Below are positions 9,226-21,905 of a stretch of DNA of 64,000 bases, piece after piece. The position numbers and the translations under genes were made by a program. The notes beneath the pieces were generated by a model. It saw nothing but the letters and a program-made list of their open reading frames with translations, did not search any database and was not told the origin of the DNA. This stretch comes from Cenococcum geophilum. Taxonomy: Eukaryota. The stretch's first letter is position 1; each line of letters opens with the position of its first letter. Location of the stretch: assembly GCA_050273025.1 (NCBI GenBank), contig CP158635.1:26536001-26600000 (forward strand), given 5' to 3'.

Positions 9226-12200
9226 CTATAAGAAAATAAGAAATCCTAACGCCTTTCCCTGTCCTTTTGTAATTTATTTCTGTCCTTTTGCTTACTAATA
9301 TCTCTTTTCTAGGAGCCTAGTAGGAGTTACCTCCTATAGATCCTGCTGTTATTAGCCACTTTCTAGTAGCTATTTCTGTCCTACTTAGAAATAGAAAAAG
9401 CGCCTCTCTTCCTTTTTGTGTACAAAATAGCTTCTTTAGAGAGAGAGAAGAGCCTAGTTTCTTTCGCATTTCTCTTCTTTCTTCCCTATATAGGTTGCAG
9501 TCCAGTAGTAAATATCTAGGGGTTTATAGTGCTCTATATTCCCTAAAGCATCTACCTTCTTTATCCTCTCCTATTACTTTAGTAAAGGATTTAAAATAGC
9601 CTTTTCCTAGCTTTAGCTGGAAGAAAGCCGATTGTAGCCTTTTAGGATATTTATCCTTAGGGGCTTTAAGAGAAAAGGAATGGCTTCCTTTACAGATCCT
9701 AGTATAGTGTTTTCCTTTATTCTTATTCTGCTGCTAGTTGTTTTTCCACTGTTCTAGTATCTCTTCTCTTGCCGCTCTCCCTATATAGGCTAAGGAGGTA
9801 TAAAAAGATTGTAGTTTTCTTCTAAAAAGGCCCTTTTTTGCTAGCTTATCTGCTATTTCGTTCCCATAGATTCCTAAATGGCTAGGAACCCAGTAGAAGT
9901 TAATAGAGATCCCCTTACTAGCTAAATAGGAACAGCTTTGCGTAATTTTAAAGACTAGTTCTTGCCCCCCTATAAGAGAATTAAGCTATAATCTCTTAAT
10001 AGCCGCTTGGCTATCTATAAAGATATAGACTTGTTTCTCTTTTAGTCTTTATTGTTTTAGGTGTTCTAGGGCCCTATAGACTGCATAAAGCTCTACGTCC
10101 ATAATTTCCATATAGGGTCCTAGATTCCAGTTCGTTGCATATTTAATCCTATTTCTCTCCCCTATTTTACATATAGCAGCTGTATTTAATTTATTGTCTT
10201 TAGAGCCATCTATATAGTATATATCTACTAGGTCCCACTCTAGGGATTCTTATAAACTTCCTACTAGTCTTAGATGTTCTTGTGCAGCTTTTTCTTTACT
10301 ACCCCTTAAGATAGAAAAGAATGCAGAGATAGGAGGAGACCACGGTTTTTGCCATTCTAGAGAGATTCTCTCTATTTTCCAGTTTTGAATTAGCTGCTGA
10401 ACTCTAGAGGCTAAAGATAGTAGCTGTGTCTTTGGCTATAAGAGGTACTTTATAGTAGAGTTTTTAGGGCTAGAACTAGAGCTAGAATTAGCTGCTAATT
10501 CGTCCCTATCTTTGTTGATCTCTTCTATATAGACCTTCTTAATTACATGGTTTTCCTTAAATTTTAGGATTTTTAATGCGTAGTTATTGCAAAGCTTTTT
10601 AAATCTAATTTTAGGAGGAGGAATAGAGGCTTCGATCTCTATAGCTTGGCTAGGAGATCCTCTAAACGCTCCTAGGACTAGTTTTAGGGCCTCGTTTTAT
10701 AGAGATTGGTACCTATCTAGTAGGTAGTCTCTAGATTTGCTTTTCCACCAGCATTGTATACCGTAGTCTACTATAGTGGTAACGCAAGCTATATAGAGCT
10801 GTTGTAGGGCTTGTAGAGATAGACCTCTTTGTGTATTACCTAGTCTTCTAATTAAATAGAAGGCTGTTTTTGCTTTAGAGATTTATATTTCTATATATTG
10901 TTTGAAAGTAAGCTTAGAGTCTAGAAATACCCCTAACTACCTAACTAGGGGTTTAGGAGATATTTCTACGTCTCCTAGCTTTAACCCTTCTTCTATAGTA
11001 GTGTGTTTACTATAGAAGTGTATAAGCTCTGTTTTGCTAACGTTAAAACTAATAGCAGCTTCCTTAGCTTTAGACATTAGTTCTAGCGCTATTCTCTCTA
11101 GCTTTTTACAATTAGACTTAGCTGAATTTGAGGTAACTATAATTGCAAAATCGTCCATATAGCTAAGAGAGTAGGCTCCTTCTGTCTGTATGCTGTAGAT
11201 ATTGCGTATATATAGTAGAAATAAAATAGGGGATATAGGCGATCCCTGTGGTATCCCTGTTTCTAGTTCTACTTTTTCTTGTATTTGCCTATTAAAGGAA
11301 AGCTGTAGCTTTCTATTGCTAAGGAAAGTAGCTACCTATTGTGTAAACGCTATAGGTAGTCCTAGTTCCTTATAGATAGATAAAAGCTGGTTTTTAGAGA
11401 CATGGTTAAAAGCCCCTCTTACGTCTAGGAATAACGTAGTGGCTATCCTTTGTCTAGCTTTTTTCCTACTATTTTTAGATTGGATATTATTTAGGAGTAA
11501 TAAGACTGCGTTTATTGCAGACCGCTGTTTTCTTCCTCCTAGTTGAGAATCTTGAAGTAAGCTAGTAGTACTAGCTAGATATCCTAATCTAGTAGTAAAG
11601 ATCTTTTCTAAAGTCTTTCCTAGGCAGTTTAGTAAGGAGATAGGTTTATAGGACTTTGGTAAGGAATAGTCCTCCTTATTTGCTTTAGGGAGAATAACTC
11701 CTTAAGCTTCTCTCTAGACCTTTAGCTGATAGCCTAGGATAAATAAAATCCTATAGATTCTATATAGAAGATCTTCTATAGTAGGGTAGGCCTTTTATAG
11801 AATTGTAAAAGATATCCTATCTGGTCCTGGAGCCTTTTTATTAGAGCTAGAGAAAATTGCTTGTTTAACTTCTATTTTCTCTAGTTCTAGCTATTCCCAT
11901 TTATTGTCTATTATATAGTCCTTCCACTCTATAGGGCTAGTAGAAGGGGGGGGTTTAGGGAATAGAGTAGTTGTAAAAGCTTTATACTGGTCCTCGAAGC
12001 TTTCTACTAGTCTAGTAGCCCCGTCTTTGCTATACTGTAGACTAGGGATTATTTGCAATATTCTCTCCTTTGTATATTTTAGGGCAGTAAAGACTTTCTT
12101 TCCTTATGCTTTTTCTAGGAAGCTATTCCAGCAGCTAGTCTTAGCTTCTCTCATTGCGTAGAAGTATTGATTTTTGGCTTCTTTATAGGCTTCTAGTCTA

Positions 12201-13405
12201 GAACTTCTAGTAGGTTGTTCTTTTTGAAGTCTTTCTAGTTTTGCTATTTTTTGTCTTTTCTTTAGAAGCTCTTTATTCTACCATGGTTTAGAGAATTCGC
12301 AGGTTCTAGATCTAGGGATAGCTTTCTCTGCTGCTAGCTTTATACCTCTAGTAAGATCTATTACTAGATTATCTACTAATATACTTAAGCTTCTATCCCT
12401 AGGTCTATAGGAATCTTCTGGAGAGGCTAGGGGACCTTTTTCTCCTATCTTTATATAGGGGTTTTCTCCTACTAGTTCTTCTAGTACTAAAAGTTTCGCT
12501 TTTAGTTCTAGCCCTAGAACTTGCTCTTTTAAAGAGGTAGAGAAAAGCTCCCAGTTTGCCTTTTTTATAGAGAAAGGAGTTTCTTGAAGAGGGTTTAGGT
12601 ATCTTTGCGTCTCTCTAGTAAATAAAGAAAATGCTATAGTCTTGTGGTCAGATCCTGTTTCTTCTATTATAGTCCAATTATCCTAGGTATTTTCTTGGAA
12701 GTTTCCTGAGTAGAAGGCTAGGTCTATAATAGACTTTTCCCTTATATTGGATTTATAGGAGGTCCCTTCCTGTTCGTCTGAATTTAGTAGTTGGTAGTTA
12801 TATTTGTCTAGCCAGTCTACTAGTTCTTTAGCCTCCCTAGTTGGGTTTTTAGCTAGCGCGTTCCACCGTTTATAGTGTAGGTTATAGTCTCCTATTAGTA
12901 CAAAAGGGAGATCTATTTCTAGTTCTAGAATGGCCCTAGAGATTGTAGTTATACTACTTCTTTGGGTTCTAGAGTTTTCGTCTAGTTGTCTCTTATTATA
13001 GATGTTAAATAGTAGAAATCTTTTAAGTTGGCCATAGATTTCTAATACTATAATATCTATATCGTTGTAGATATCCTCCCTATTTCTATATTGTAGAATA
13101 CTAGAAATAGTTTTCCTTATATAGATAGCTACTCTAGGTCGAATAGCTAGATTACTAGGGAGGATTAGGTTAAATGCAGGATGTGGAATAGAAAAGTAGG
13201 ATTCTTTTTGTCTATCTTTCCAGGTACTAGGCTCTTGTACTAGAATAATATCTGTTTTTTTCCTAAATCCTATTTCTAGTAGGGTTTGCTGTACTTCTTG
13301 TCTTTTTCCTACATTGTGTTGTATAAAGGAGATTTCTCCCCTAGTTTTAGAAACTAGAGAGATCTCTTCTTCTTCCTATATAGAACCTTCTAAGCTTATA
13401 CTTAT
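9226..13405 (-). pseudogene. LINE ORF2 (AP endonuclease - reverse transcriptase - RNase H)
   Basis: GIPQGSP and YMDD (ORF fragment 10937-11158), RNase H motifs (YIDGS, WVPSHLGIYGNEIAD), endonuclease GDYNLHH / GSDH; multiple RIP stops. 3' end approximate. Confidence 0.9.
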
Positions 13406-14967
13406 TAATATACTAGCTTAGCTGCTTTAAGAGACTCACAGTCTTTACTATTAGCAAAGTGATTTTCTTTATAATTGCTGCAAAGAGGGGTAGTATGCTT
13501 GTAAGGTCTTCCTATTATATTGTAAGTAGAACAGGAGTGGTCCTTAGATAAATATACCGCTGCATAAAATCAACAGGCCTTAGTAGAGCATCTATCTCCT
13601 ATATAGCCAAATTTTTGGCAACTTATACACTATGTAGTAGGAGAGACTTTTAGGTATTTAACTACCTTAGCAGCTACCCCTACAATTAGGATTTCCTTCT
13701 GCTTAAGGATTTCCTGTCTTTTCTCCTCATTTTCTATAGCAAAGACTATAGAGCCGAACCTAGTTTGTGGATTATATCTCTTTTCCCTAGATGAGATCTA
13801 TCTAGGTAATCCCTGTATTCTAATAGGATTAAAAGTCTCTATTTCTTCTTTTAGAAGTTTAGAGCCTCCTTCTCCTAGGAAAGGGGAGATAGGGATACTG
13901 TGAGCTACTACCTAAGCCCAGGGCTCTAGTTTTTGTTCCCTTTTAAAAGAGAAGCAGTTAGACCAGATTTCCTTATGTTTAACCAAATACTCTATATTGT
14001 ATTCTTCTGTAGTTATAAGGAGAATATTCTGCTTTTCTCTAGTTCTAGCTATAGTAGCTATTACTAGCTTCTCTATTTACAGTTTAGATATAAATAGTTA
14101 ATTAACTTAATTTTGTAAAGAGAAGACATCTAGAGGCTGGTCCTTTTAGTCTGTAACTAGGACTAGTCTCCTTTCTTATAACTGCTTCTTTTTTCCTCTA
14201 GTAGAGGTAGAGCTAGTAAAACTAGTAGGGGGAGATAAGGAGGGAGGGGGAGAGGGAGAGGTAGTAGAGGAAGAGGTAGTAGAAGAAGAAGGAGTAAAAG
14301 TAGAAGAAGAGAGGCCCTTCTTTAGCTTCTCTGTATAGGTTTGTGTTTTTAGGGCTACCTCCTTACGGAGAGCTCTTACTTCTTCTACTAGTCCTTTTAG
14401 GATATCTCTTTCCTTTCTTTCCTTTTCTTTTATAAAGGGATTTTCTCCTCCTAGGACACTCTGTACATAGTCCCCTAGTAATTTAACTTATTCTTTTTCT
14501 TCTTCTTCTTCTTTTAGCCCTATATAGGCCTGGTTTAGGTTATATAGAGCCATTTATAGGTGCTGTTTTGGAGAAGAGGTAGAGGAAGGTATACTAGCCG
14601 AAATAGGCTTAGGTATTAGTAGCCTTCTTCTTTAGTTTTGGTTCTCTTTTCTATTTTTAGAATAAGATTACCTTCTTTTCCTTCTATTCTCTTTTTCTAC
14701 GTCCTCCCTAGATGGGCAGGGAGAAGGCGGGAGAGAAGAGGAAGAGAAGGTAGGTGAAGTAGGTAAGGTAGGTAAGGCAGCTAAGAGTTCGTCCTCGCTT
14801 GTCTCTATAGTGTCTTTACCTCTAAAAGGCTTAGTAGCCTAAGGTTCTCCTGTCCCAAATAGGCTAAAGTAAGAGGGGAAAAGGAAAGTGAATTCGTTAT
14901 CCCTTGTCTCTGTATTATTGTCTTTAGGAGGCTTTTTAGGCTTAGTAGCCTAAGGATTCTTTGATAT
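13405..14967 (-). pseudogene. LINE ORF1 (gag-like, three Cys/His knuckles)
   Basis: Colinear with ORF1 of copy 2 and of the ORF1-only element; start ATG RIPed to ATA. Confidence 0.85.
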
Positions 14968-15919
14968 TTTATAGGGGGGTTTCCTAGTTTTTTCAGTAGA
15001 TAATAACCTCCTTAGGTCTCTTATCTCCTAGTCCCAGAGGTAAAAAACTAGGCAAAAAGCCTTGCTAGTTTTTACTATCCTTTTTTACCTTTTCTCCTTA
15101 CTAATCCTACTAGAGGATTTCTAGGGAGACTAGGCTAGAAGGTAGTAGAAAAACTAGCTAAAAAAGACTAGCGTAGTTATTTTCTTTTCCTTTTAAAAGT
15201 AGAAAAAACTACTAAAAAAAAGGACTTGTTAGGCTTTTGCTAGCAGAAAAGCCCTAAAGGTAATCCTCCTCTTACTAAGGAAAGTCTGACTAAAAGAGAT
15301 ATAGAAAAGTACCTACACCCCCTATTTTATTAGGCTTTTACTTTCTATAGAAGAAAAACCTAGGAAAAGTCTATATTTTGTAGTTTTGGTACTAGTAGTA
15401 GTAGTAGTAGTAGTAGTTTTGGTGTTCTTGTCCGTGCTTTGCTTATACGCTAAGACCTCTTTTGCTAAGGCCTCTGTCGCAGAATAAAGGGGGTAATAAG
15501 GGGAACAAGTCTACCTCTAGCTCGCTAGGTAGGCAGAATTAGGTCTTAGGAGTTAGGAAAATGATAGTTTTTGATGGTAAGATGGGTATGCGTAAGTTTG
15601 GAAGTGCGGCGCCACCTTTTGGTAAGTTTGTATGTGCGGTGAAGATTCCATAAAGTTATATATACCCCTATTATTATATAACCCCCCCGCCGTAAATATC
15701 GCTATAATTAGCGCTATAGCGTTCCACTTTAATATATACTAGAAGGATAATAAGGTCTTTATAATAAGCCTATATAAGATTAACCGAATTATTAATAATA
15801 GGGAGGAAGAGCTAGCTAAGGAGACTAATAAGGAATTAGTTAAACGCCTTCTTTTTACTATTTATATAAATTATAAGGATGCATTCTTAAAGGCGGCTTT
15901 AGATAAGTTACCCCCTTAC

Positions 15920-18900
15920 TATTATAGCACTGGCAAAACTTAGCAGAACTACGCACCGGCAAGTTACTATAGATTGCCGCATATTGCGGTCACGTGACGC
16001 GAAGATCTTATAAAACACGAACGGCGCTACTCTTCTTCTCCTTTCCTTTCCTTAGCTTTAGATTCTCGTTTATAGACAATCTAATTATATAGGCTTGCGC
16101 GACCTATTTACCGTATTTATATCTTAATTAACTAAGTCGCTAATATTATCTAAAGCTTACTCTACTCTTTCTTCCTAAAAAGGAACTTAAATATATCTAC
16201 AAGAACACGGAATAGGACCCTAAGGACATTACTAGGACTATAAGGATAAAACCTAAAAGAAAAGAATAGAACCCTAAGGAAAGGACCTATAAGATACACA
16301 CAGACCAGAACCCCTAAAGAAATTACCTAGAATTACCTAATACCCCTACTACTATGCCATAAAACACAGTAGCAGGTAAAGCAGCTATAGGACCCTTAAA
16401 TACTTTAGACAAAGAAACAATTAACGTTTTAACCCCCTAGGCGGAGCTTGCGGCTACTAATACCGAAATTAAATAACTGCGAGAGCTGCTCAAAGCTAGA
16501 GATACCCCTATATCTAATAATAAGTCATTATTAGACAACTAAAGGCTTGCTATAGTCCTTTAGGCCCTATCCTAGCGCCTTAGTGGATTAAACGAGGCCT
16601 ATATAGCACTAAAGTAGTTAGTAAAGGTTATAGATCCCCCACTACTTACAGATAGAACCGACCCTATATTTAATAATTAGAAGCTTTAATTACGGGATAA
16701 GCTTAAAGTTAATGCAGACTACTTCCCTAATGCCCGAGCTAGAATAGCCTATGTCTTCAGCCGTACTGGCGGAGACGCCTAGACGCATTTACGCCTGTAA
16801 TACACTAAAGACTTAATAGACCCCTTTATCTCTAAAGAAGAAATAATTAAATACTTATCTTTTATTTATAAAGACCCTTTTAAAGTATAAAATGCCCGCC
16901 TTAGTTATAAAAGCCTAAATATAAAAACAACGGAGACCTTTTTAGCCTTTTAAACCTACTTTTTATACCTAGCCGGATAGGCCTAGATCCCCTAAGAAGA
17001 CCTACTACCAGACCTCTTTAATAAGCTTACCCTAGACCTATAGCGGGCCGTATTACTAGCTTATACTATAGTATAGACGTTAAAGGAACTTATAAATTAT
17101 TGCCTAGCTATTAACTAAGGCCTCTATTAAATTAAGGTATGCGCTAATTGGCTAAAAACTAAAAACCTTATAAACCAGGCTATAAGTACTACGAGTACGG
17201 CCCATAATGCCCTAGTATAGTCGGCAACTCCTATAATTAACCTAGCAGCTAGCCGCGTAGCTACCCCTATTATAGGCCCGGTGTATACCTAGCCTATATA
17301 TAATAACCCCCGTATATAGGCCCTTAGTAATTAAGGAGCTTACTTCTTATACGGTTAAATAGGCTACCCTATAAGGAACTACCTAATAAAGGTAAAGACA
17401 AATAAGGTCCTATTAATTTAGGAGAATAGTATAAAGCCGGAAAAAGAGGAACCCTAAAGGAAGACTTCTCTTTAGGGTTAAAAGGGATTAATATGTTATA
17501 TATTAATCTAGGTTAGCTAGTTAGTAGAAAAAGCTGCACTATCCCTTATACTTTATTTCGTAATAAATATTAAGTTTTAACCTCTGCTTTAGCTAACTTA
17601 GGAGTAAATGCCTTTACCTTAATTAATATAAAGTGCGCTGTAAAACTAGCTAACCTTTTAAATATACCCCTTAAAGAACTACCTAAACTAATCCCTATTT
17701 ACGGTTATAACGGACAAATAGGATTACCTATTATAACTATTTTATAGATCTACCTCCGCGTTAACAGACGAAGGTAGTATAATATCCCCTTCCTTATTAC
17801 GGACCTTAGAAGCTATAATATAATCTTAAGGAGAAAATAGCTAGCCTATTTAGGCTTATAGCTTAATATATAGAACAAGCAGCTTATCTAGCCCAAAATT
17901 ATACCCCTAACGCCTTCCTTTATAAAAGAAATCAGTATTATAATAGAAAACCTTATACGGCCGCAAATAAACACCGTTTATTAGGCCGATGCGACGTATA
18001 GGGACTAGGCTTTTAAGAAGGATATATAGCTTAATCCGCAACAGATCCGTATACTACGCCGCCCCTAGACTGCCTATATTATACCACTTGCACTAAAGAC
18101 TTAAGAAGCTAGTAATAGCCTAGCTAAGTCCCTAATAGAGAACTTAGGCCCTACGCAGCTATAAAGAAAGGCTAGGGATATTAGACAATATACTAAACTA
18201 ATAAACTAGAAGGATAACTTATAGAAAATGGAACGTAAGCTAAGGAAGACTATAAACCCTATACCGTAAAATACGGCCCGATAAATATCCGTAAAGAAAC
18301 CTATAGACCTCCCACCAGTTAATATCTACTGCATTGGCGCTATAGGATTCTACTAAAACCTAGTTCAGCCTAATACCGTCGCCTTTACAACTAGCTTATA
18401 TAAAATTAATTAAATAATTAAAGAGAAAGAAGACCTAGCCTAAAAGAAAGGCGAGCTTATAGATAAGGAGCTAGTAGAACAGAAACTGCCCTATTAATAC
18501 TAGAAATTTAAAAATACCTTCTCTAAAGTAGCGTTTAATATACTCCCGCCTAACCAACCGTATAACTATAAGATTAAAATTAAGCCGGATAAGGTGGTTA
18601 CCCTTAGCTATAGCCCCCTCTAATAGTAATCTACTACTAAATTATAGGCTATAAAGTAGTATCTTATTAATAACCTAGATAAGGGCTTTATTAAGTCTAG
18701 TTAAGCCCCTTTTAACTTACCTATTCTCTTTACCAAAAAGCTAAATAGAGGACTTTATTTCTGTATTAACTACCGCAAGCTTAATAATTTAACCCTTAAA
18801 GACCGCTACCCACTACCTTTACTTAATAAGACTTTAGCCCAAATAAGTAGAGCTAAAATCTTTATAAAGCTTAATATCCGCTAGGCTTTTTACCAAATTA

Positions 18901-21900
18901 GGATAGACCCTAAATTAGAAAACCTTATTATATTTTAGACCCGTTATAGAACGTATAAATATAAAGTACTACCTTTTAAACTAATTAACGGACTGGCTAT
19001 ATACTAACGATATATAAATAATATACTATTTAACTACCTTAACGACTTCTATACAGTATACCTAAATAATATTATAATTTACTCTAAAAATAAACTGGAA
19101 TATAAAGAGCATATCTATAAAGTCCTATAATGGCTTTAGGAAGCTAGCCTCTAAGCCAATATTAAGAAATTAGAATCTAGTATTAAGTATATAAAGTACT
19201 TAGGGTTTATTATTAGTATAAATGGGATTAAGGCAAACCTAGAAAAGACGGCTATAATTAACTAATAGGTACCCCTAAGGACCGTAAAGGGGGTATAGTT
19301 ATTCTTAGGGTTCTGTAACTTCTACTAACGCTTTATTAAGAACTATAGTAGGATTACCCAGCTACTAAGCCTACTTACCTACAAGGACCGGCCCTTTTAC
19401 TTTAATACTGTATATAGGCAGGCCTTTAACGAGCTTAAGAAACGACTGGTCTTTGCTCCCTTACTCGCCTACTTTAATCTAAAGCGGCCCTTAGTGCTAG
19501 AAACCGATGCCTTAAATAGTATTATAGCTAGCGTTTACTTCTAAAAGTAGATAGACGGAGAATAGCACCCTATTACTTACTATTTAAAAACTATAGTAGA
19601 TACTAAGCTAAACTACCCAATTTACGACAAAGAAATACTGGCTATTATCTCTAGCTTTTAGCACTAGTGAGCCCAACTAAAAGGCACCCCTAAGTCTATC
19701 TAGCTAGTTTCTAATTATAAGGCCTTAAAATATTTTATAATAATAAAGGCCCTTATAGCCCGATAGTCGCGCTAGGCGGACACCCTATCTTAGTTTAACT
19801 TCCTAATTATATATAGGCTAGGCGCCACTAACCGTGCGGATACTCTTATAAGGCGTAAATAGAATATAAATAACTAGATAGGTGTAAAGATCTTATTATA
19901 GACCTAAGCGCTACTACGACTAGAGTACCTTAATTCCTAAATACGGGCAGAACTAAATATAGACTCTTTAGATACTAAGATATACCCTATTAACTCTATA
20001 GAACTAGACCTTATTAATAAACTACTACAGGTAAACCGTACAGCCCCTTCTCTATAGAAGTACCGTAAAAAGGTAAAAAACGTTTCTAGCCTATAGTCCC
20101 TTAAAAGTGGACTACTTAAGTACTATAAACGGCTAGTGGTAGTAGAGGAACAGGACTTATAGACTTAGCTTATTGCTAAAGCATATGCCTAGGTCTCTAT
20201 GGCCTACCCTAGAAAAAATAAGACCTATAGGATTATTAGCGACCGCTACTACTGGCCCGGAATAATTATAAATATTAACTACTATATACGGAACTGCAAT
20301 AACTACTATAGGTCCACAATTTCACGAGATAAGACCCTAGGACTATTAAAACCCCTCTTAATACCCGACCGCCCCTAGTAATATATCTCTATAAACTTTT
20401 ATAAGCTACCTCTAAACCGTAACGGATATAATATAGTTATAATCCTAGTTAACCGCTTCGGCAAGCGCCTGTTCTTAATTCCCTATTATAAGAATATTAA
20501 TGCTAAAGAGGCGGCCTAACTATATATCTACTACATCTACCAAATCTATAGACTACTAGATACTATTATATCTAACCGCGGGCCGTAGTTTATATTAGCC
20601 TTTTAGAATAAGTTTACCTAGATCCTAGGTATTAAGCTAAAGCTTTCTATAGTATATTACCCCTAGACAGACGGTTAAACAGAAATTGTAAATTAATACT
20701 TAAACTAAAGACTCTGGTCTTTTATTAACTATTTTTAGAATAACTAGGCTAAACTATTGCCCTTAATAGACTACGCCTAAGCCACCCTACCCCATAACTC
20801 TACCGGATTTGCCCCTATTTAACTAGAAATAGGTTACCTCCCCTATATAAGCTTTAACTGGGAAAGACTAGAAGGGCCCTAGACTATACGCGAAAAACTA
20901 TCTTATAAGGAAGCCTAGTAGTACACTAAGCGCTTAAAAAAAGCCTAAAAAGTAGCCCGTACGAACATAAAAAAGGCTTAAAAATTAATAGAATAGTAGG
21001 CGAATAAGTATAGGCGCGAGCCTAACTTTACTATAGGCGATATAGTCTAGGTTATAACAAAGAACTAGAAGATAGAACGGCCTAGCTATAAGCTAGATTA
21101 TAAAATAGTAGGACTATATAAGATTCTTAATAAAGTAGGCAACTTGTATAAGGTTAAGCTCCTAGACTTAATTAAAGTTCACCTTATCTTCTTACCGGAT
21201 AAGCTATAAAAAGCTATAAATAACCTACTACCTAAATAAAAGAATAAACCTCCCCTATTAATTTAAGTTAACGATAATAATAAATAGGAAATTAAAGAAA
21301 TACTAGCCTATAAACTTATAAAGGGAATGTTAAAGTATTATATTAGTTAAAAAGGATATAACCTAGATCCCACTTAGTACCCTATATAAAACTTTATAGG
21401 TAGCCCCTATAAACTTTAGAAGTTCTATAGCTATTACCCTAATAAACCTGGACCGCTAAAGTACCTAAATAAGTAGATAGATTGCTGGTATAATAAAGAT
21501 AATAAGCTACTAAAAGAATATAAGGACAAAAACGCCCTAGAAATTTCTTAGTTACGTAAGGTTGTAAGATATCTAGGAACTTTAACCGGCGGTTAAAGTT
21601 ATCTAATTAGTTAGATTCTCTTACTAAGACTTTTAGCAACAAAGCCTAAGGGCAGGCTTTTTAGAGGGGGGGGGGGTAATGTTACGGCACTAGCAGGACT
21701 TGGTAGAACTACGCATCGGCAAGTTGCTACAAATTGCCGCATATTGCGGTTACGTAACGCGAAGATCTTATAAAACACGAACGGCGCTACTCTTCTTCTC
21801 CTTTCCTTTTCCTAGCTTTAGATTTTCGTTTATAGACAATCTAATTATATAGGCTTGCGCGACCCATTTACCATGCTTATATCTCGATTAACTAAGTCGC

Positions 21901-21905
21901 TAACA
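15920..21905 (+). mobile_element. Ty3/Gypsy chromovirus 'B', full length (5986 bp), RIP-degenerate
   Basis: 226-bp LTRs at 15920-16145 and 21680-21905; TSD CTTAC (15915-15919, 21906-21910); G-rich PPT. gag ~16350-17457, then protease, RT, RNase H, integrase, chromodomain to ~21540. Confidence 0.95.
17439..17479 (+). promoter_or_regulatory. Probable gag/pol -1 frameshift signal (A-run plus stem-loop)
   Basis: GGAAAAA followed by hairpin AACCCTAAAG...CTTTAGGGTT at the gag/pol junction; the equivalent lies at ~8166-8205 in element A. Confidence 0.5.

Larger units (their letters stand above)
8992..15646 (-). mobile_element. Full-length Tad1-clade LINE, copy 1, RIP-degenerate
   Basis: 14-bp TSD TCCATAAAGTTATA (8978-8991, 15647-15660); A-rich (TAAAAA)n tail at the left end; reverse complement closely matches 50632-57286. 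Confidence 0.95.
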
